From Candidatus Cloacimonadota bacterium (GTDB lineage Bacteria > Cloacimonadota > Cloacimonadia > G963667145), in assembly GCA_963667255.1 (NCBI GenBank), contig OY762940.1, forward strand, positions 768,001-832,000: 64,000 bases of DNA. The letters run 5' to 3'. Position 1 is the first letter of the stretch. Each line of letters begins with the position of its first letter. This document shows positions 52,601-64,000 of the stretch, piece by piece. The translations under genes and the position numbers were made by a program. The notes beneath the pieces were generated by a model. That model saw only the letters and a program-made list of their open reading frames with translations, was not told where the DNA came from and ran no database searches.

Positions 52601-53834
52601 TAAAATAGCCATCGAAGACAATGACTGCAATGTTTTGGAAGAGCACGATGTTGAGTATGCTTCCACCGTTTATGTGAAAGAGGGAGAAAGAGTTGTTGCC
52701 AATACCAAGCTTATCTCTTGGGACTCTTATTCTCATCCGATTATTGCTACCACTAAGGGTAAAGTCGAGTTTGACGGATTTGTAAAAGATACAACCATCA
52801 AAGAAGAGTTTAACCAGCTTACAGGTAATAAGGAAATTACAGTTATCGCCTCCAAAGACCGTAAAATACAGCCACAAATCCGTATAATTGGCACAAAAGG
52901 CGAGGACGAGATAATACCACTTCCGCCTAACCTTAGTGTTGATGTTAATGAGGGAGACCATGTTTTCCCAGGGAGCATTTTGGGTAGGACTTCCAGAGCA
53001 TCGGAGGTGCAAGGCGATATCACGGGTGGTTTGCCTCGGGTGCAGGAGTTGTTTGAGGCAAGAGTTCCCAAAAATAAAGCGATTATTTCCGAAGTTGACG
53101 GGCGGATAACGATTGGCGATTTGTCTAGAATGGGTCGTAAGATATTTGTGGAAACGGAAAATGGCGAAAAGCAAAAATACATTATTCCGCTTGGCAAACG
53201 AATCATCGTTCACCAAGGTGATTATGTAGAGGCTGGTAACGCCCTTTCCGATGGACCTCTCGACCCTCACGATGTTCTGCGAGCCAAAGGAATTGGAGAA
53301 GCTGAACGCTTAATCCTAAATGGTATCCAAAGTGTGTATCGTAAGCAAGGCGTGAAAATCGACGATAAGCATGTCGGCGTGATAATCAAGCAAATGCTGA
53401 AAAATGTGCGAATTGTTGACCCGGGGAACACTATTTTCCTGCAAGATGAGATAGTTGCCAGACCCAGAGTGATGGAGGAAAACAAGATAGTTGAGGAGAG
53501 TGAAGGGACTGTGGCTACTTTTGAGCCGGTGCTTTTGGGTATTACCAGAGCGGCATTATACTCTGATAGTTGGCTATCTTCAGCATCATTCCAGGAGACA
53601 ACAAAAATATTGACACATTCGGCCATCGAAGGAAAAGTTGACCCGCTTAATGGTCAAAAAGAGAATATAATCCTTGGACACCTTGTTCCTATTGGGACAG
53701 GGAGTAAATATTATAGGGATGAATTTGATAAATTGATAAGTGAGAAAGAAGGTTTGTCCGGTGCTGTTTCTTCCATTCTGAGTCAGGAAGAGGTTACAGA
53801 GGAAAGTGTGGAAGGCCTACTTGGAGAAATTTAA
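49692..53834 (+). CDS. rpoC: RNA polymerase beta-prime subunit
   Basis: NADFDGDQM and Zn-binding motifs. Confidence 0.99.
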   Translation: MIRKIKRDEVISDYDAVKISLASPEKIKEWSFGEVTKPETLNYRTHKPERDGLFCERIFGPEKDYECSCGKYKKRRFAGTVCDRCGVEVISSRVRRTRMGHIELAVPVSHIWYVKSMPSKIATILDISLKDLERVLYYESFIVLDPGNSDYDRLDLIDTETYYEIIDMVDDDFDAKIGAEAIRELLCQINLDEEAMQLKAQLSLETSTLKRTSIVKRLKVVNSFLKSNNRPEWMIMTVLPVLPPTLRPLVPLDGGRFATSDFNDLYRRVIARNNRLKQLISIRAPQVILRNEKRMLQEAVDALFDNSRKSMPVRGSGNRPLKSLTDQLKGKQGRFRQNLLGKRVDYSARSVITVGPELKIDQCGIPKEMALELFKPFLIERLEHYGEVEKTKTAKKLIEKRQPKIWKILQEVIEGHPVLLNRAPTLHKLGIQAFYPVLTEDRAIKLHPMVCTPFNADFDGDQMAVHLPLTDQAVQEAELLMLSSRNLLLPASGKLAMLASQDIVLGIYYLTMEKTPKPKDDKKLKYYGDTQELMAIYDNERFSGKPLEERAIRLHTWIKFKVNGEFIVTTVGRVIFNSIVPKEIGYQNHVFDKGRINSFSTKIFETVGQAATAEYLDRLKSLGFKYATNSGITFSFRDVIVPKGKKEKIAEAEKKIDEIMQNYMEGRITDRERENRSVDTWKMVTEEITEELMEEVAKDQDGLNSIHIMHISGARGGKDQIKQLGAMRGLMDKPVRADNDDLGVIETPIKANFKEGLDLFQYFLSTHGSRKGLADTALKTADAGYLTRRLVDVARNAVINIEDCGTIKGLEVSALKEGLEVVESLSERIRGRVASADIHDPETGEVLVAANEEITNEAAELVEQRGVSKVKIRSVLTCEAKDGICAKCYGRNLGTSKMVTIGEPVGVIAAQSIGEPGTQLTLRTFHSGGSASTNVEISERISSADGIVRYIRMNIIEDIDGNIISKGHLGKIAIEDNDCNVLEEHDVEYASTVYVKEGERVVANTKLISWDSYSHPIIATTKGKVEFDGFVKDTTIKEEFNQLTGNKEITVIASKDRKIQPQIRIIGTKGEDEIIPLPPNLSVDVNEGDHVFPGSILGRTSRASEVQGDITGGLPRVQELFEARVPKNKAIISEVDGRITIGDLSRMGRKIFVETENGEKQKYIIPLGKRIIVHQGDYVEAGNALSDGPLDPHDVLRAKGIGEAERLILNGIQSVYRKQGVKIDDKHVGVIIKQMLKNVRIVDPGNTIFLQDEIVARPRVMEENKIVEESEGTVATFEPVLLGITRAALYSDSWLSSASFQETTKILTHSAIEGKVDPLNGQKENIILGHLVPIGTGSKYYRDEFDKLISEKEGLSGAVSSILSQEEVTEESVEGLLGEI

Positions 53835-53851
53835 AAGTTTGGAGGAAGGCA

Positions 53852-54223
53852 GTGCCTACAATTAATCAGCTTATAAGAAAGGGTAGAAAAAAGGTTGTAA
53901 AAACCAAAAAGAATCGTGCCTTGGATCAATGTCCTCAAAGAAAGGGCGTTTGCACCAGGGTTTACACCACTACCCCAAAAAAGCCTAACTCAGCCTTGCG
54001 TAAGGTTGCCAGAGTAAGGCTTTCAAACGGAAAAGAAGTGACAGCTTATATCCCCGGCGAGGGACACAAGTTGCAAGAGCACTCAATAGTGTTGGTTCGC
54101 GGTGGTCGTGTAAAAGACTTACCGGGTGTGCGTTATCATGTAGTTCGTGGCTCTCACGATGCTGAGGGCGTAGATGGGAGAAAGACTTCCCGTTCCAAAT
54201 ATGGCGCTAAAAAAGCTAAATAA
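53852..54223 (+). CDS. rpsL: 30S ribosomal protein S12
   Basis: [10 protein letters not shown] and [10 protein letters not shown]. Confidence 0.99.
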   Translation: MPTINQLIRKGRKKVVKTKKNRALDQCPQRKGVCTRVYTTTPKKPNSALRKVARVRLSNGKEVTAYIPGEGHKLQEHSIVLVRGGRVKDLPGVRYHVVRGSHDAEGVDGRKTSRSKYGAKKAK

Positions 54224-54241
54224 ATCAAGGAGTGGTAATAG

Positions 54242-54712
54242 ATGTCTCGTAGAAGAAAAGCGGTAGAAAGAAAAATTACCCCTGATTACAAATACAACAG
54301 CGTAAAGCTCAGTAAGTTTATTAATAACTTGATGCTCAAAGGCAAAAAGTCTTTGGCAGAACAAATAGTGTATGATGCGTTTGATATTATCAAGGACAAA
54401 ACTGAAAAAGATCCGATGGAAGTTTTTGAGGGTGCACTCAAAAATGCTACTCCTCAAGTGAAGGTAGTTTCCAAAAGGTTAGGTGGCTCCAACTATCAAG
54501 TTCCTAGAGAGATAGGACAAAAAGAGGGACAGGCCATGGTTTTTCGTTGGTTGATTAACTTTGCACGCACTCGTAAAGAAAACACGATGAGCAAAAGATT
54601 GGCTGAAGAGTTGATGGCTGCTAACAATGGCGAAGGTGCTAGTGTTAAGAAAAAGGACGAAACTCACAAAATGGCGGAAGCAAACAGAGCTTTTGCACAC
54701 ATCAGATGGTAA
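54242..54712 (+). CDS. rpsG: 30S ribosomal protein S7
   Basis: GGSNYQVP and HKMAEANRAFAH. Confidence 0.99.
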   Translation: MSRRRKAVERKITPDYKYNSVKLSKFINNLMLKGKKSLAEQIVYDAFDIIKDKTEKDPMEVFEGALKNATPQVKVVSKRLGGSNYQVPREIGQKEGQAMVFRWLINFARTRKENTMSKRLAEELMAANNGEGASVKKKDETHKMAEANRAFAHIRW

Positions 54713-54724
54713 TGGAGCGAGAAA

Positions 54725-54859
54725 ATGAAAAGAACATTTCAACCTCACAATAGAAAGAAAAAAAACAAGCATGGTTTTCGTAAGCGTATGTCTACGGCGA
54801 GTGGTCGTAAGGTGATAAGTGCGAGGAGAGCCAAGGGTAGAAAAAGACTTACCCATTAA
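54725..54859 (+). CDS. rpmH: 50S ribosomal protein L34
   Basis: Hand-translated [44 protein letters not shown]. Confidence 0.97.
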   Translation: MKRTFQPHNRKKKNKHGFRKRMSTASGRKVISARRAKGRKRLTH

Positions 54860-55176
54860 TGCGTTTTTTTCGCAATAGTAGGGAATTTAAAGAGCTTTAT
54901 GCTATAGGGAAAAGGTACTCTTCGGAGTACTTTACCTTTATTATGGCTAAGGATATTGAGTCGGCAGTGGGAGTAGTTTTATCCAAGAAAGTTGGTAAGG
55001 CTAACAAGAGGAACAAATTGAAGAGACGACTCAAGCATTATTTTCGTGATTTTGGCAAATTGGGAAACCACAAGTTGTTGATAATTGGCAAGAAGGATAG
55101 CGTATTTTTGAGCTGGGAAGAGGCTTGCTCTGCAATGGACACTTTTCAAAAGAAAATTTTTGGTTGCAACGAGTGA
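54859..55176 (+). CDS. rnpA: Ribonuclease P protein component
   Basis: SKKVGKANKRNKLKRRLK (RNR motif), plus synteny. Confidence 0.92.
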   Translation: MRFFRNSREFKELYAIGKRYSSEYFTFIMAKDIESAVGVVLSKKVGKANKRNKLKRRLKHYFRDFGKLGNHKLLIIGKKDSVFLSWEEACSAMDTFQKKIFGCNE

Positions 55177-55391
55177 TAATTTTGAATAAAGCTGTTTTGC
55201 TTTTACTTTGGATGTATAAGAATGGAGTTTCTCCTTATTTACCAAATAGTTGCCGATTTACGCCTTCTTGTAGTGAGTATTCCAGATTGGCTTTCACCAA
55301 ATACCCTTTTTTCAAAGCTTTTTTCTTGAGCGTTTGGCGAATTTTAAGGTGCAATCCTTTTTCTAAAGGCGGATACGATCCGCTAAAGTAA
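55173..55391 (+). CDS. yidD: Membrane protein insertion efficiency factor
   Basis: CRFTPSCSEY and RILRCNPF..GGYDP. GTG start inferred. Confidence 0.93.
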   Translation: MIILNKAVLLLLWMYKNGVSPYLPNSCRFTPSCSEYSRLAFTKYPFFKAFFLSVWRILRCNPFSKGGYDPLK

Positions 55392-55408
55392 AACTTAGGG
55401 AGTTTATT

Positions 55409-56971
55409 TTGGACAAAAGAACATTTTTAGCAGTAATACTAATTTTTGGTATATTTTTTTTGAGTAGTCAGTATATGGTGTCAAAATCTGATGACGCCTC
55501 TCCGACTGAAAGTAAATCAACCGTTGAAACTGTTGATAAAGAAAGTTCCGCAAAAGAGACTGTGCAATCCAAAGTAAAAGTTTCTAAGGTTCGTGGCGAC
55601 ATCAAGTTGGACGAAAACATTGTATTGGAGAACGATAAGATAAAGCTTGTTTTTTCCAACAAAGGCGGTCAACTCATAGGTGCGTATCTTAAAGGGTATT
55701 CCAAGGATTTGTCCGGTGATGGCTCACTCAATCTTTTGGCTGGCAAAGCTCTTTCGGTCTCTTTTGACCAAGACGATTATCAAAATTATCTTTTCGATTA
55801 CGAATTGAGTGAAAATTCTCTCAAATTCATCGGGGATAAATACGAAAAAATATTTGTTCTGAATACCGATTACACTCTTAGTTTTGAACTTAGGGTTGCC
55901 GGCAAGAAATTCAATTACTATCAGATAAGTATGGGCGACGGTATCGCCGAGACGGAACTACATGTGAAGGGTAAGAATCGTGATTATGGTTCGGCTGCTT
56001 ATGTCGAGAATAGTTTGGAAAACGAAACCATGAGTAGCTTCGATGAGAAGCCTGATGTGTATGAGGGCGATGCTTCTTTTATTGCTGTTTACAACAAATA
56101 TTTTGCTCTGGGTGTGAGGAAACTTGGTTTTGAGAATGTTGTTAGAAGTGAGTTTTTTGTTATTAATGACAATCCGTCAGCTAATTTTAGGATTCAGGAA
56201 AGTAAAGACAATTTTTCTCACAAGTTCAGAGTTTACTTGGGACCAGTTTTGGTTCAAGATTTGCAGGCTATGGGTGGAGGATTTGAAAAGATTTCCGATA
56301 AAACTTGGAGTTTTTTGAATTGGCTAAGCAAATTTTTTATAAAAATATTGAGATTTATTCATAATCTTATACCGAATTATGGGATAGCTATCATTATTTT
56401 TGCGTTTCTGCTTAAAATAATTTTGTATCCGCTTACACATAAGATGTTTGAATCCACCCAAAAAATGCAAGAGATTCAGCCGATGATAGCGGAAATTCAA
56501 AGCAAATACAAGAACGACAAAGTTAAGATGAACAATGAGCTTCGTATGGTTTACAAGAATTATGGCGTTAATCCGCTTGGCGGATGTTTGCCTCTTTTAT
56601 TGCAAATTCCCATTTTTATCGCTTTGTATCCGGCTTTGAAGTATTCTATCGCTTTGCGTCAACAACCTTTTGTGGGGTGGATTGTAGATTTGTCAGCTCC
56701 TGACCCATATTATATTTTGCCGATTTTGATGGGTATTTTTATGTATGTGCAACAAAAGTTTACTATGGCGAGTAGTGGCGACCTTGCCAAAATGACCGAT
56801 CAACAAAAGGCGATGCAATCGACTCAAAAGATGATGATGTATGGGATGCCAGTTTTCATGGTGTTTATCTTCCGTGATTTCCCGTCCGGCTTGGTGTTGT
56901 ATTGGGCAGTGTTCAACTTGCTTTCCACCGTTCAGCAGATTTATATCAAGAAGAGATTTGCTAAGAAATAA
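55409..56971 (+). CDS. yidC: Membrane protein insertase YidC
   Basis: NYGIAII, GVNPLGGCLPLLLQIPIF and PSGLVLYW. Confidence 0.97.
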   Translation: MDKRTFLAVILIFGIFFLSSQYMVSKSDDASPTESKSTVETVDKESSAKETVQSKVKVSKVRGDIKLDENIVLENDKIKLVFSNKGGQLIGAYLKGYSKDLSGDGSLNLLAGKALSVSFDQDDYQNYLFDYELSENSLKFIGDKYEKIFVLNTDYTLSFELRVAGKKFNYYQISMGDGIAETELHVKGKNRDYGSAAYVENSLENETMSSFDEKPDVYEGDASFIAVYNKYFALGVRKLGFENVVRSEFFVINDNPSANFRIQESKDNFSHKFRVYLGPVLVQDLQAMGGGFEKISDKTWSFLNWLSKFFIKILRFIHNLIPNYGIAIIIFAFLLKIILYPLTHKMFESTQKMQEIQPMIAEIQSKYKNDKVKMNNELRMVYKNYGVNPLGGCLPLLLQIPIFIALYPALKYSIALRQQPFVGWIVDLSAPDPYYILPILMGIFMYVQQKFTMASSGDLAKMTDQQKAMQSTQKMMMYGMPVFMVFIFRDFPSGLVLYWAVFNLLSTVQQIYIKKRFAKK

Positions 56972-56988
56972 TTTTTGTTAGTGCTATA

Positions 56989-57175
56989 AAATTTTCTGTA
57001 TTTTTTGAGAAAATTGCTTGGCGGTAGTCAACAAATGGGGCACACCGAAGTTTATCGTGGAGTTGCCGAGGATGTAACTTTTTGAAGAAGGTGCGACTTG
57101 AGATTGTGGTGAGAGAGGTTATTTTGCAGTCTGCTCTATAAGCTATAGTTGCGGGGCTCGTACCGGACAGAGTTT
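56989..57175 (+). ncRNA. Candidate structured RNA downstream of yidC
   Basis: GC-richer non-coding block with pairing ends and several G-U-rich hairpins, ending just before a terminator. Confidence 0.3.
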
Positions 57176-57203
57176 GAAATAAATATAAATTGAAAATCAT
57201 ACT

Positions 57204-57231
57204 AGCCTTCTCTTACGAGGAGGCTTTTTTT
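57204..57231 (+). terminator. Intrinsic terminator
   Basis: AGCCTTCTC-ttac-GAGGAGGCT followed by a T-tract. Confidence 0.8.
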
Positions 57232-57362
57232 ATGGTGATGAGGTTTATTATTTTGACTATCATAAAAAAAATGAACTTCTTGTTGACTTTTGAATAAGGA
57301 GAAGTAAGAATAAACAGCGTTGTTTAAATAAATAGAAAATTTTAATAAAAGAAATAGGGAGG

Positions 57363-58145
57363 ATGGGAAAAATGGGCAATCTTTTGGTTGAAAAAAAGGA
57401 AAGAATCTGTGTGGTTTCATTTAATAGACCGGAGTCTTTGAACGCATTGAATAGTGAGGTTCTTGCAGAGCTTAATGAGTGTGTGGATAAGCTAAATAAT
57501 GACAAAGATGTTGATGTTATTATTTTGACCGGAGCAGGCAAGGCTTTTGTAGCGGGAGCAGATATTTGTCAAATGAAGGATATGAATAGCGTAGAGGCTA
57601 GAAAATTTGGAGAGTTGGGGCAAGAAACTTTTAGGAAAATTGAGTTGCTTGATAAACCTGTCATTGCTGCTGTTAATGGTTTTGCACTTGGTGGTGGATG
57701 TGAATTGGCTATGAGTTGTGATATTCGTATAGCTTCTACCAAAGCAAAATTTGGTCAACCTGAGGTTGGTCTTGGCATCACACCGGGGTTTTCCGGAACG
57801 CAAAGATTACCTCGTATAGTTGGGATTGGTAAGGCTAAAGAGCTTATATATACTGCTAACATAATAGGTGCTGAAGAGGCTGAAAAAATTGGTTTGGCTA
57901 ATTGTGTGGTTGAGCCTGAAGAGCTGATGGACAAAGCAATGGGAATGGCTAAGCAAATTTTGAAAAATGGTCAATGGGCTGTTAGATTTTCTAAGTCTGC
58001 TATCAATACCGGCATGGAAGGAAGTCTTCATGAAGGCATTTTGGTGGAGAAAGAGATTTTTGCTTTGTGTTTTGCTACCAAAGACCAAAAAGAAGGAATG
58101 GATGCCTTTGTTTCCAAAAGAAAAGCGGAATTCAAAGGGGAATAG
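57363..58145 (+). CDS. crt: Short-chain enoyl-CoA hydratase (crotonase)
   Basis: AFVAGADI, NGFALGGGCEL and GQPEVGLGITPGFSGTQRL. Confidence 0.9.
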   Translation: MGKMGNLLVEKKERICVVSFNRPESLNALNSEVLAELNECVDKLNNDKDVDVIILTGAGKAFVAGADICQMKDMNSVEARKFGELGQETFRKIELLDKPVIAAVNGFALGGGCELAMSCDIRIASTKAKFGQPEVGLGITPGFSGTQRLPRIVGIGKAKELIYTANIIGAEEAEKIGLANCVVEPEELMDKAMGMAKQILKNGQWAVRFSKSAINTGMEGSLHEGILVEKEIFALCFATKDQKEGMDAFVSKRKAEFKGE

Positions 58146-58170
58146 AAACTATTTTAATTTGTTAAGACTC

Positions 58171-58200
58171 AAAAGGCATTGTTTACTCAGTGCCTTTTTT
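58171..58200 (+). terminator. Intrinsic terminator after crt
   Basis: AAAAGGCATTG...CAGTGCCTTTTTT. Confidence 0.75.
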
Positions 58201-58272
58201 ATGGAGGTTTATTTGCCTTGACTATAAAAAATAATTGTTAAATCTTTGTTTTGTATTAAATGAGGAGGAAAG

Positions 58273-59070
58273 TTGAGAGTAAAAATCACATTTAGTTCTA
58301 ATGAAAATTTTTTTGTTCCTTTTAATTACAAGTACGAAATTTCTGCTTTGATTTACAAATTGATTGCCAAAGCTTCTCAAGATTATGCTACCTTTTTGCA
58401 TGAAAAAGGGTTTGAATTTGATTTTTTACGAAAATTTAAACTTTTTACTTTTTCCGATTTAAATTTCTTGCCCTTTAAAATTGATAAAACAAAAGGCGGA
58501 TTTTGTGAAGTCGAAAAAGTTGAACTAATTTTTTCCACTTTAATTCCTGAAAGTATTGAAAAATTTATTTCAGGGATTTTCAAAAAGCAGCAAATTTTTC
58601 TTGGTTTTAGCAAGGGTAAGAAAATTGATTTATTTGTAGAAGATGTAAGAGCCTTACTTGAGCCTAATTTTGATAACGAATTAAGATTTAAATGCCTTTC
58701 TCCAATAGTAGTGACTACCAAAAAAGAGATAAACGGAGATTTGAAACTGCATTTTGTCGAATATGATTCTCCTGATGAAAAAAAACAATTTGCTGACAAT
58801 ATTCATAAAAATCTTCTTTATAAATATGCTGCTTTTCATAGTAAAAAATACGAAAATCAAGATTATATTTTTGAATTTCATTTTGATGAAGATTACATCA
58901 AAAGTCGCAATAGGAAAGTTTATAAACTTTTGCGGTATAAAAACACCAATATAAAAGGGGTTTATGCTCCCGGGCTTATAAAAGCTCCCAAAGAGTTATT
59001 AGAAATTTTGTATTTTGGAGGAGTAGGAGAGAAGAATAGTAGTGGCTTTGGGTGTGTGGAGAAAGTTTGA
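58273..59070 (+). CDS. cas6: CRISPR-associated endoribonuclease Cas6
   Basis: FLHEKG, FKLFTFS, LSPIVV and the C-terminal G-loop GVGEKNSSGFG. Confidence 0.95.
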   Translation: MRVKITFSSNENFFVPFNYKYEISALIYKLIAKASQDYATFLHEKGFEFDFLRKFKLFTFSDLNFLPFKIDKTKGGFCEVEKVELIFSTLIPESIEKFISGIFKKQQIFLGFSKGKKIDLFVEDVRALLEPNFDNELRFKCLSPIVVTTKKEINGDLKLHFVEYDSPDEKKQFADNIHKNLLYKYAAFHSKKYENQDYIFEFHFDEDYIKSRNRKVYKLLRYKNTNIKGVYAPGLIKAPKELLEILYFGGVGEKNSSGFGCVEKV

Positions 59071-59281
59071 GGAGGGAAAATGATTTATGATATATTAGAA
59101 ATATTTAAAAAAGAGTATGAAAAAAAAGGCGATAAACTTGTCTTAGGAAGTTATAATCTAAAAGAAGGTTTGTATGTAAAAATAAACAAGAACTATGAAA
59201 TAGAATATTTTATAGTTAAAAATAAGAATAAGAAACTTTCTTACCTCGTCCTGAAAAAAGTGGACTCTATTAGGAGGAAAC

Positions 59282-59668
59282 TTGGACAAAAGAGAGAAAA
59301 CTTTTAGATATTCAAAAGCTTTCAGAAATGAGGTTCTAAAGAATGTCAAAAACAAAAAATTGACGGTTTTGGAAGCGGGTAAATATTATGGAGTGGGATT
59401 TCCAACTATTTATCGATGGTTGAAAAAAGCTAATTATGACACGCCCTGTAAGGAGGTAATTTTTGTGAAACTATCAGATCAGCACTCTGCTTTGCAAGAG
59501 ATTGAGGAATTAAAAAAAGAGAATCGTGCTTTAAAAGAGGCTGTGAGCAAGTTAACGCTCGATAAATTGTGCCTTGAAAAGTGTGTAGAAATTGGTGAAC
59601 GGGACTTTGGTATGGAATTAAAAAAAAAGCCCGAAGTACAGGAATTGAGGAAATCAGGCAGAAAATAG
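59282..59668 (+). CDS. IS3 transposase OrfA (HTH + leucine zipper)
   Basis: YSKAFR..., YGVGFPTIYRW and coiled coil ELKKENRALK. Confidence 0.88.
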   Translation: MDKREKTFRYSKAFRNEVLKNVKNKKLTVLEAGKYYGVGFPTIYRWLKKANYDTPCKEVIFVKLSDQHSALQEIEELKKENRALKEAVSKLTLDKLCLEKCVEIGERDFGMELKKKPEVQELRKSGRK

Positions 59669-60513
59669 TGGAGAAAAAGTTCCCTTTTAAAATGAATTCT
59701 GTTTGTAAATGGTTTGGGATTAGCAAGTCCGGTTTTTATAAAAAGAAGAAGCACATCGAAAAAACAAAGAAAATTGAAGATGAGATTTGCTTGCATATAA
59801 ATGCGTTACGCAAATTTGGACTTATGTGTGGAGCAAGAAAAACCAAGATTCATTTAAAGGAAGATTTTGACATTATTGTGGGCAGAGATAAATTGTTTGA
59901 TATTATGAGAGAAAACGATTTGCAAAGTAAATTTATTCGGAAAAAAGTTCAACATTCCAGTGGAGTTAAGCAAATCTTTGAGAATATGTTAACCGATGAA
60001 TTTAAGAAATCTGTTACAAAATTTGGGCAAGTAATTGTGACAGATATTACCTATATCAAATTGCCCAATAATAAGTTCTGTTACATTAGTTTGGTTGCGG
60101 ATTTGGCTACCAGAAAAATTTTGGGTTATAATGTGGCTCAAACTCTTTTGGCTGAAGAGTCGGTTAAGGTTATGCGGAAAACATTGAAAAAATATAAGTT
60201 GCCTAAAGATTGCATACATCATAGCGACAAAGGAGTGCAATATACGAGCAAATTATACACTGATTTTTTGAAGAAAAATAATTTTAGAATAAGCATGACA
60301 GGTGCGGGCAAATGTTATGATAACGCTTGTGCAGAGCGAGTTTTTAATACTTTGAAGAACGAATTTGGTTTTAATGTTGTTTTTTCAAGTTTGAAGGAAG
60401 TGCTAAGAGAGTTGAAGAATTTTGTTGATATTTATAACAATAAACGATATCATATGAGTTTGGATTATAGAACACCACAAAGTGTGTTTTTGGAGATGCA
60501 GAAAGCTGCATAA
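59668..60513 (+). CDS. IS3 transposase OrfB (DDE/rve)
   Basis: VTDITYI, HHSDKGVQYTS and DNACAERVFNTLKNE. Confidence 0.92.
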   Translation: MEKKFPFKMNSVCKWFGISKSGFYKKKKHIEKTKKIEDEICLHINALRKFGLMCGARKTKIHLKEDFDIIVGRDKLFDIMRENDLQSKFIRKKVQHSSGVKQIFENMLTDEFKKSVTKFGQVIVTDITYIKLPNNKFCYISLVADLATRKILGYNVAQTLLAEESVKVMRKTLKKYKLPKDCIHHSDKGVQYTSKLYTDFLKKNNFRISMTGAGKCYDNACAERVFNTLKNEFGFNVVFSSLKEVLRELKNFVDIYNNKRYHMSLDYRTPQSVFLEMQKAA

Positions 60514-61706
60514 TTAATAAAAAACTGAGTCCACTATTTTAGGACTGGACATCTTTTACGGATATAGATGAAAATTTAAACTATAGTGCTTATGAATGGT
60601 TTAAAGAACGAGATTATTATAGTGGATATTTGAACTCGAATAAAGCATTTTATGATAAAAAAATTCATAGTATAAATTATTTTTCTTTATTTGTTAAATT
60701 GGAAAGTTTTATTTCAACTGACACAAAAAAGATTTTAAAGAGTGAAATTATAGATAAACATTTTTTTAATCTTTGTAATTATAAAAAATTTCAAAAAAAA
60801 CAAGAAATTGAAATTATTCAAAATTTTCAAGAACATTTAAAAAATAGAGAAAGAAGAAAAGACATAATCAAGAAATATAAATTTTTAAGAGATAATTTGG
60901 ATTCTATAATTGAGGTAGCTAAGGGAAACAAAATAAAAAATTATGTTAAAGTGTTTTTTGAGGAAGATATTGGAAAATACAAAGAAGAAAGTAATATATA
61001 TTATTCTTTGAAAATATTTAATGATATCAATTATTGTGAATTTATTAATGAGGAAACATTTGGATTATCAAATTCAAATATGGGGTTAAATTCCAAAAAA
61101 CCGTATTTGGAACATAAAACAAAATTTAATACAGCTCCATTTCTAATAGAACAAAATGATGCTTTAATATTAAAAATATTTTTTGATTGGTTAAAACTTC
61201 AATCCTATAAGGATGAAGAGAACAAACCAATAGATAGATATTTGGATGATAGTTTTTTTATGCAAAAGCATTCTTCTAATGATGAAGCTGAAATTTTAGA
61301 TTTTGATTATATCCCAATAAGAGAAGATGAATTAAAAGAAACAATTTTGGTAAAAAATTATCTTTGGCTAAAAGAAGGGAAAGCATTAATTCAAGATTAT
61401 AAAATTAATAAATTAAGTCAATTTGAAGCGATAGTCGACGATATTTTTTATAACCATCAATTGATAAATAACTATTATGGCGAAGTATGGGAAAAACTTG
61501 ATAACTCTTTTGCAAATTTTATTTATATAACAAGAGATGCGATGGTATCTTATTTTAGAAAATATGATGAAAAAGGTTTTTATAATGTAGTTAGAAAATA
61601 TGGTTTAAAACTTGTAGTTGAGCATATAAAAAAAGATAGATTATTAAAAGCAGGTAAAGCTTTAAATTTGAGATTGTCTTTATTGAAATTTAAAGGAGAA
61701 AAAATT

Positions 61707-63827
<2,121 letters not shown>

Positions 63828-63829
63828 TA

Positions 63830-64000
63830 ATGTATATTGATTTTAGTAGTCTCAATATTTCTAAAAATATTTTTGCTCATAGAAAAGAAAAAAAGCCAAA
63901 AGAAACTTTGGAAGAACATTCAAATTTAACAAAAAAATATTTAGATTTGTTAATTCAGCAGAAAAATTTAGTTAAAATTATAGATAATTTGTTGAGTAAT
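63830..64000 (+). CDS. cas3: Cas3, N-terminal HD-domain start (truncated by the window end)
   Basis: Hand-translated MYIDFSSLNISKNIFAHRKEKKPKETLEEHSNLT (AH...ETL.EH), directly after cas5. Confidence 0.8.
   Translation, partial: MYIDFSSLNISKNIFAHRKEKKPKETLEEHSNLTKKYLDLLIQQKNLVKIIDNLLSN

Larger units (their letters stand above)
59242..60551 (+). mobile_element. IS3-family insertion sequence (about 1310 bp)
   Basis: IRs TACCTCGTCCTGAAAAAAGTGGACTC / TGTCCAGTCCTAAAATAGTGGACTC, TSD TCT(T), and orfA/orfB offset by -1. Confidence 0.93.

Noticed and set aside
53852..54223. Streptomycin-resistance alleles in rpsL
   Set aside because: The K42 and K87 equivalents are wild type.
59080..59307. 75-aa ORF and ORF 60630-62096 as independent genes
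   Set aside because: They are the two halves of the IS-interrupted cas8b; the last 21 residues of the short ORF come from the IS end.

Overview
Mostly core-genome DNA from a low-GC bacterium. The LPS genes kdsD and gmhA and the predicted beta-barrels point to a diderm cell, and the class III RNR points to an anaerobe. An FCB-group-like lineage is my inference only. In window order: the 3' part of pcrA/uvrD, then nrdD-nrdG-uvrB, an M16 peptidase, SRP RNA with a neighbouring unannotated rod-shaped RNA candidate, a YfhO-like membrane protein, era, a small Zn-ribbon protein and thrS. Next come three paralogous outer-membrane barrel genes and two paralogous large lipoprotein genes interleaved with kdsD and gmhA, then holB, mtnP-rlmH-rlmN, a REP-like palindrome cluster, efp, D-aminoacylase/codB/codA, an NhaC transporter, rpsA and rsmI. 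An intact IS256-like element with an 8-bp TSD precedes the tRNA-tuf-rpmG-secE-nusG-rplKAJL-rpoBC-rpsLG cluster, which runs directly into rpmH-rnpA-yidD-yidC with no fusA. Fifteen tRNAs are spread across the window. The window ends with crt and an AT-rich type I-B cas operon (cas6, cas8b, cas7, cas5, start of cas3). Its cas8b is split by an IS3-family element and carries an internal Cas11-like start. No CRISPR array lies in the window. Best candidates for undescribed biology are the lipoprotein/beta-barrel surface system rich in D-S/T glycosylation-like sequons, two structured non-coding regions, and the IS-interrupted Cascade.
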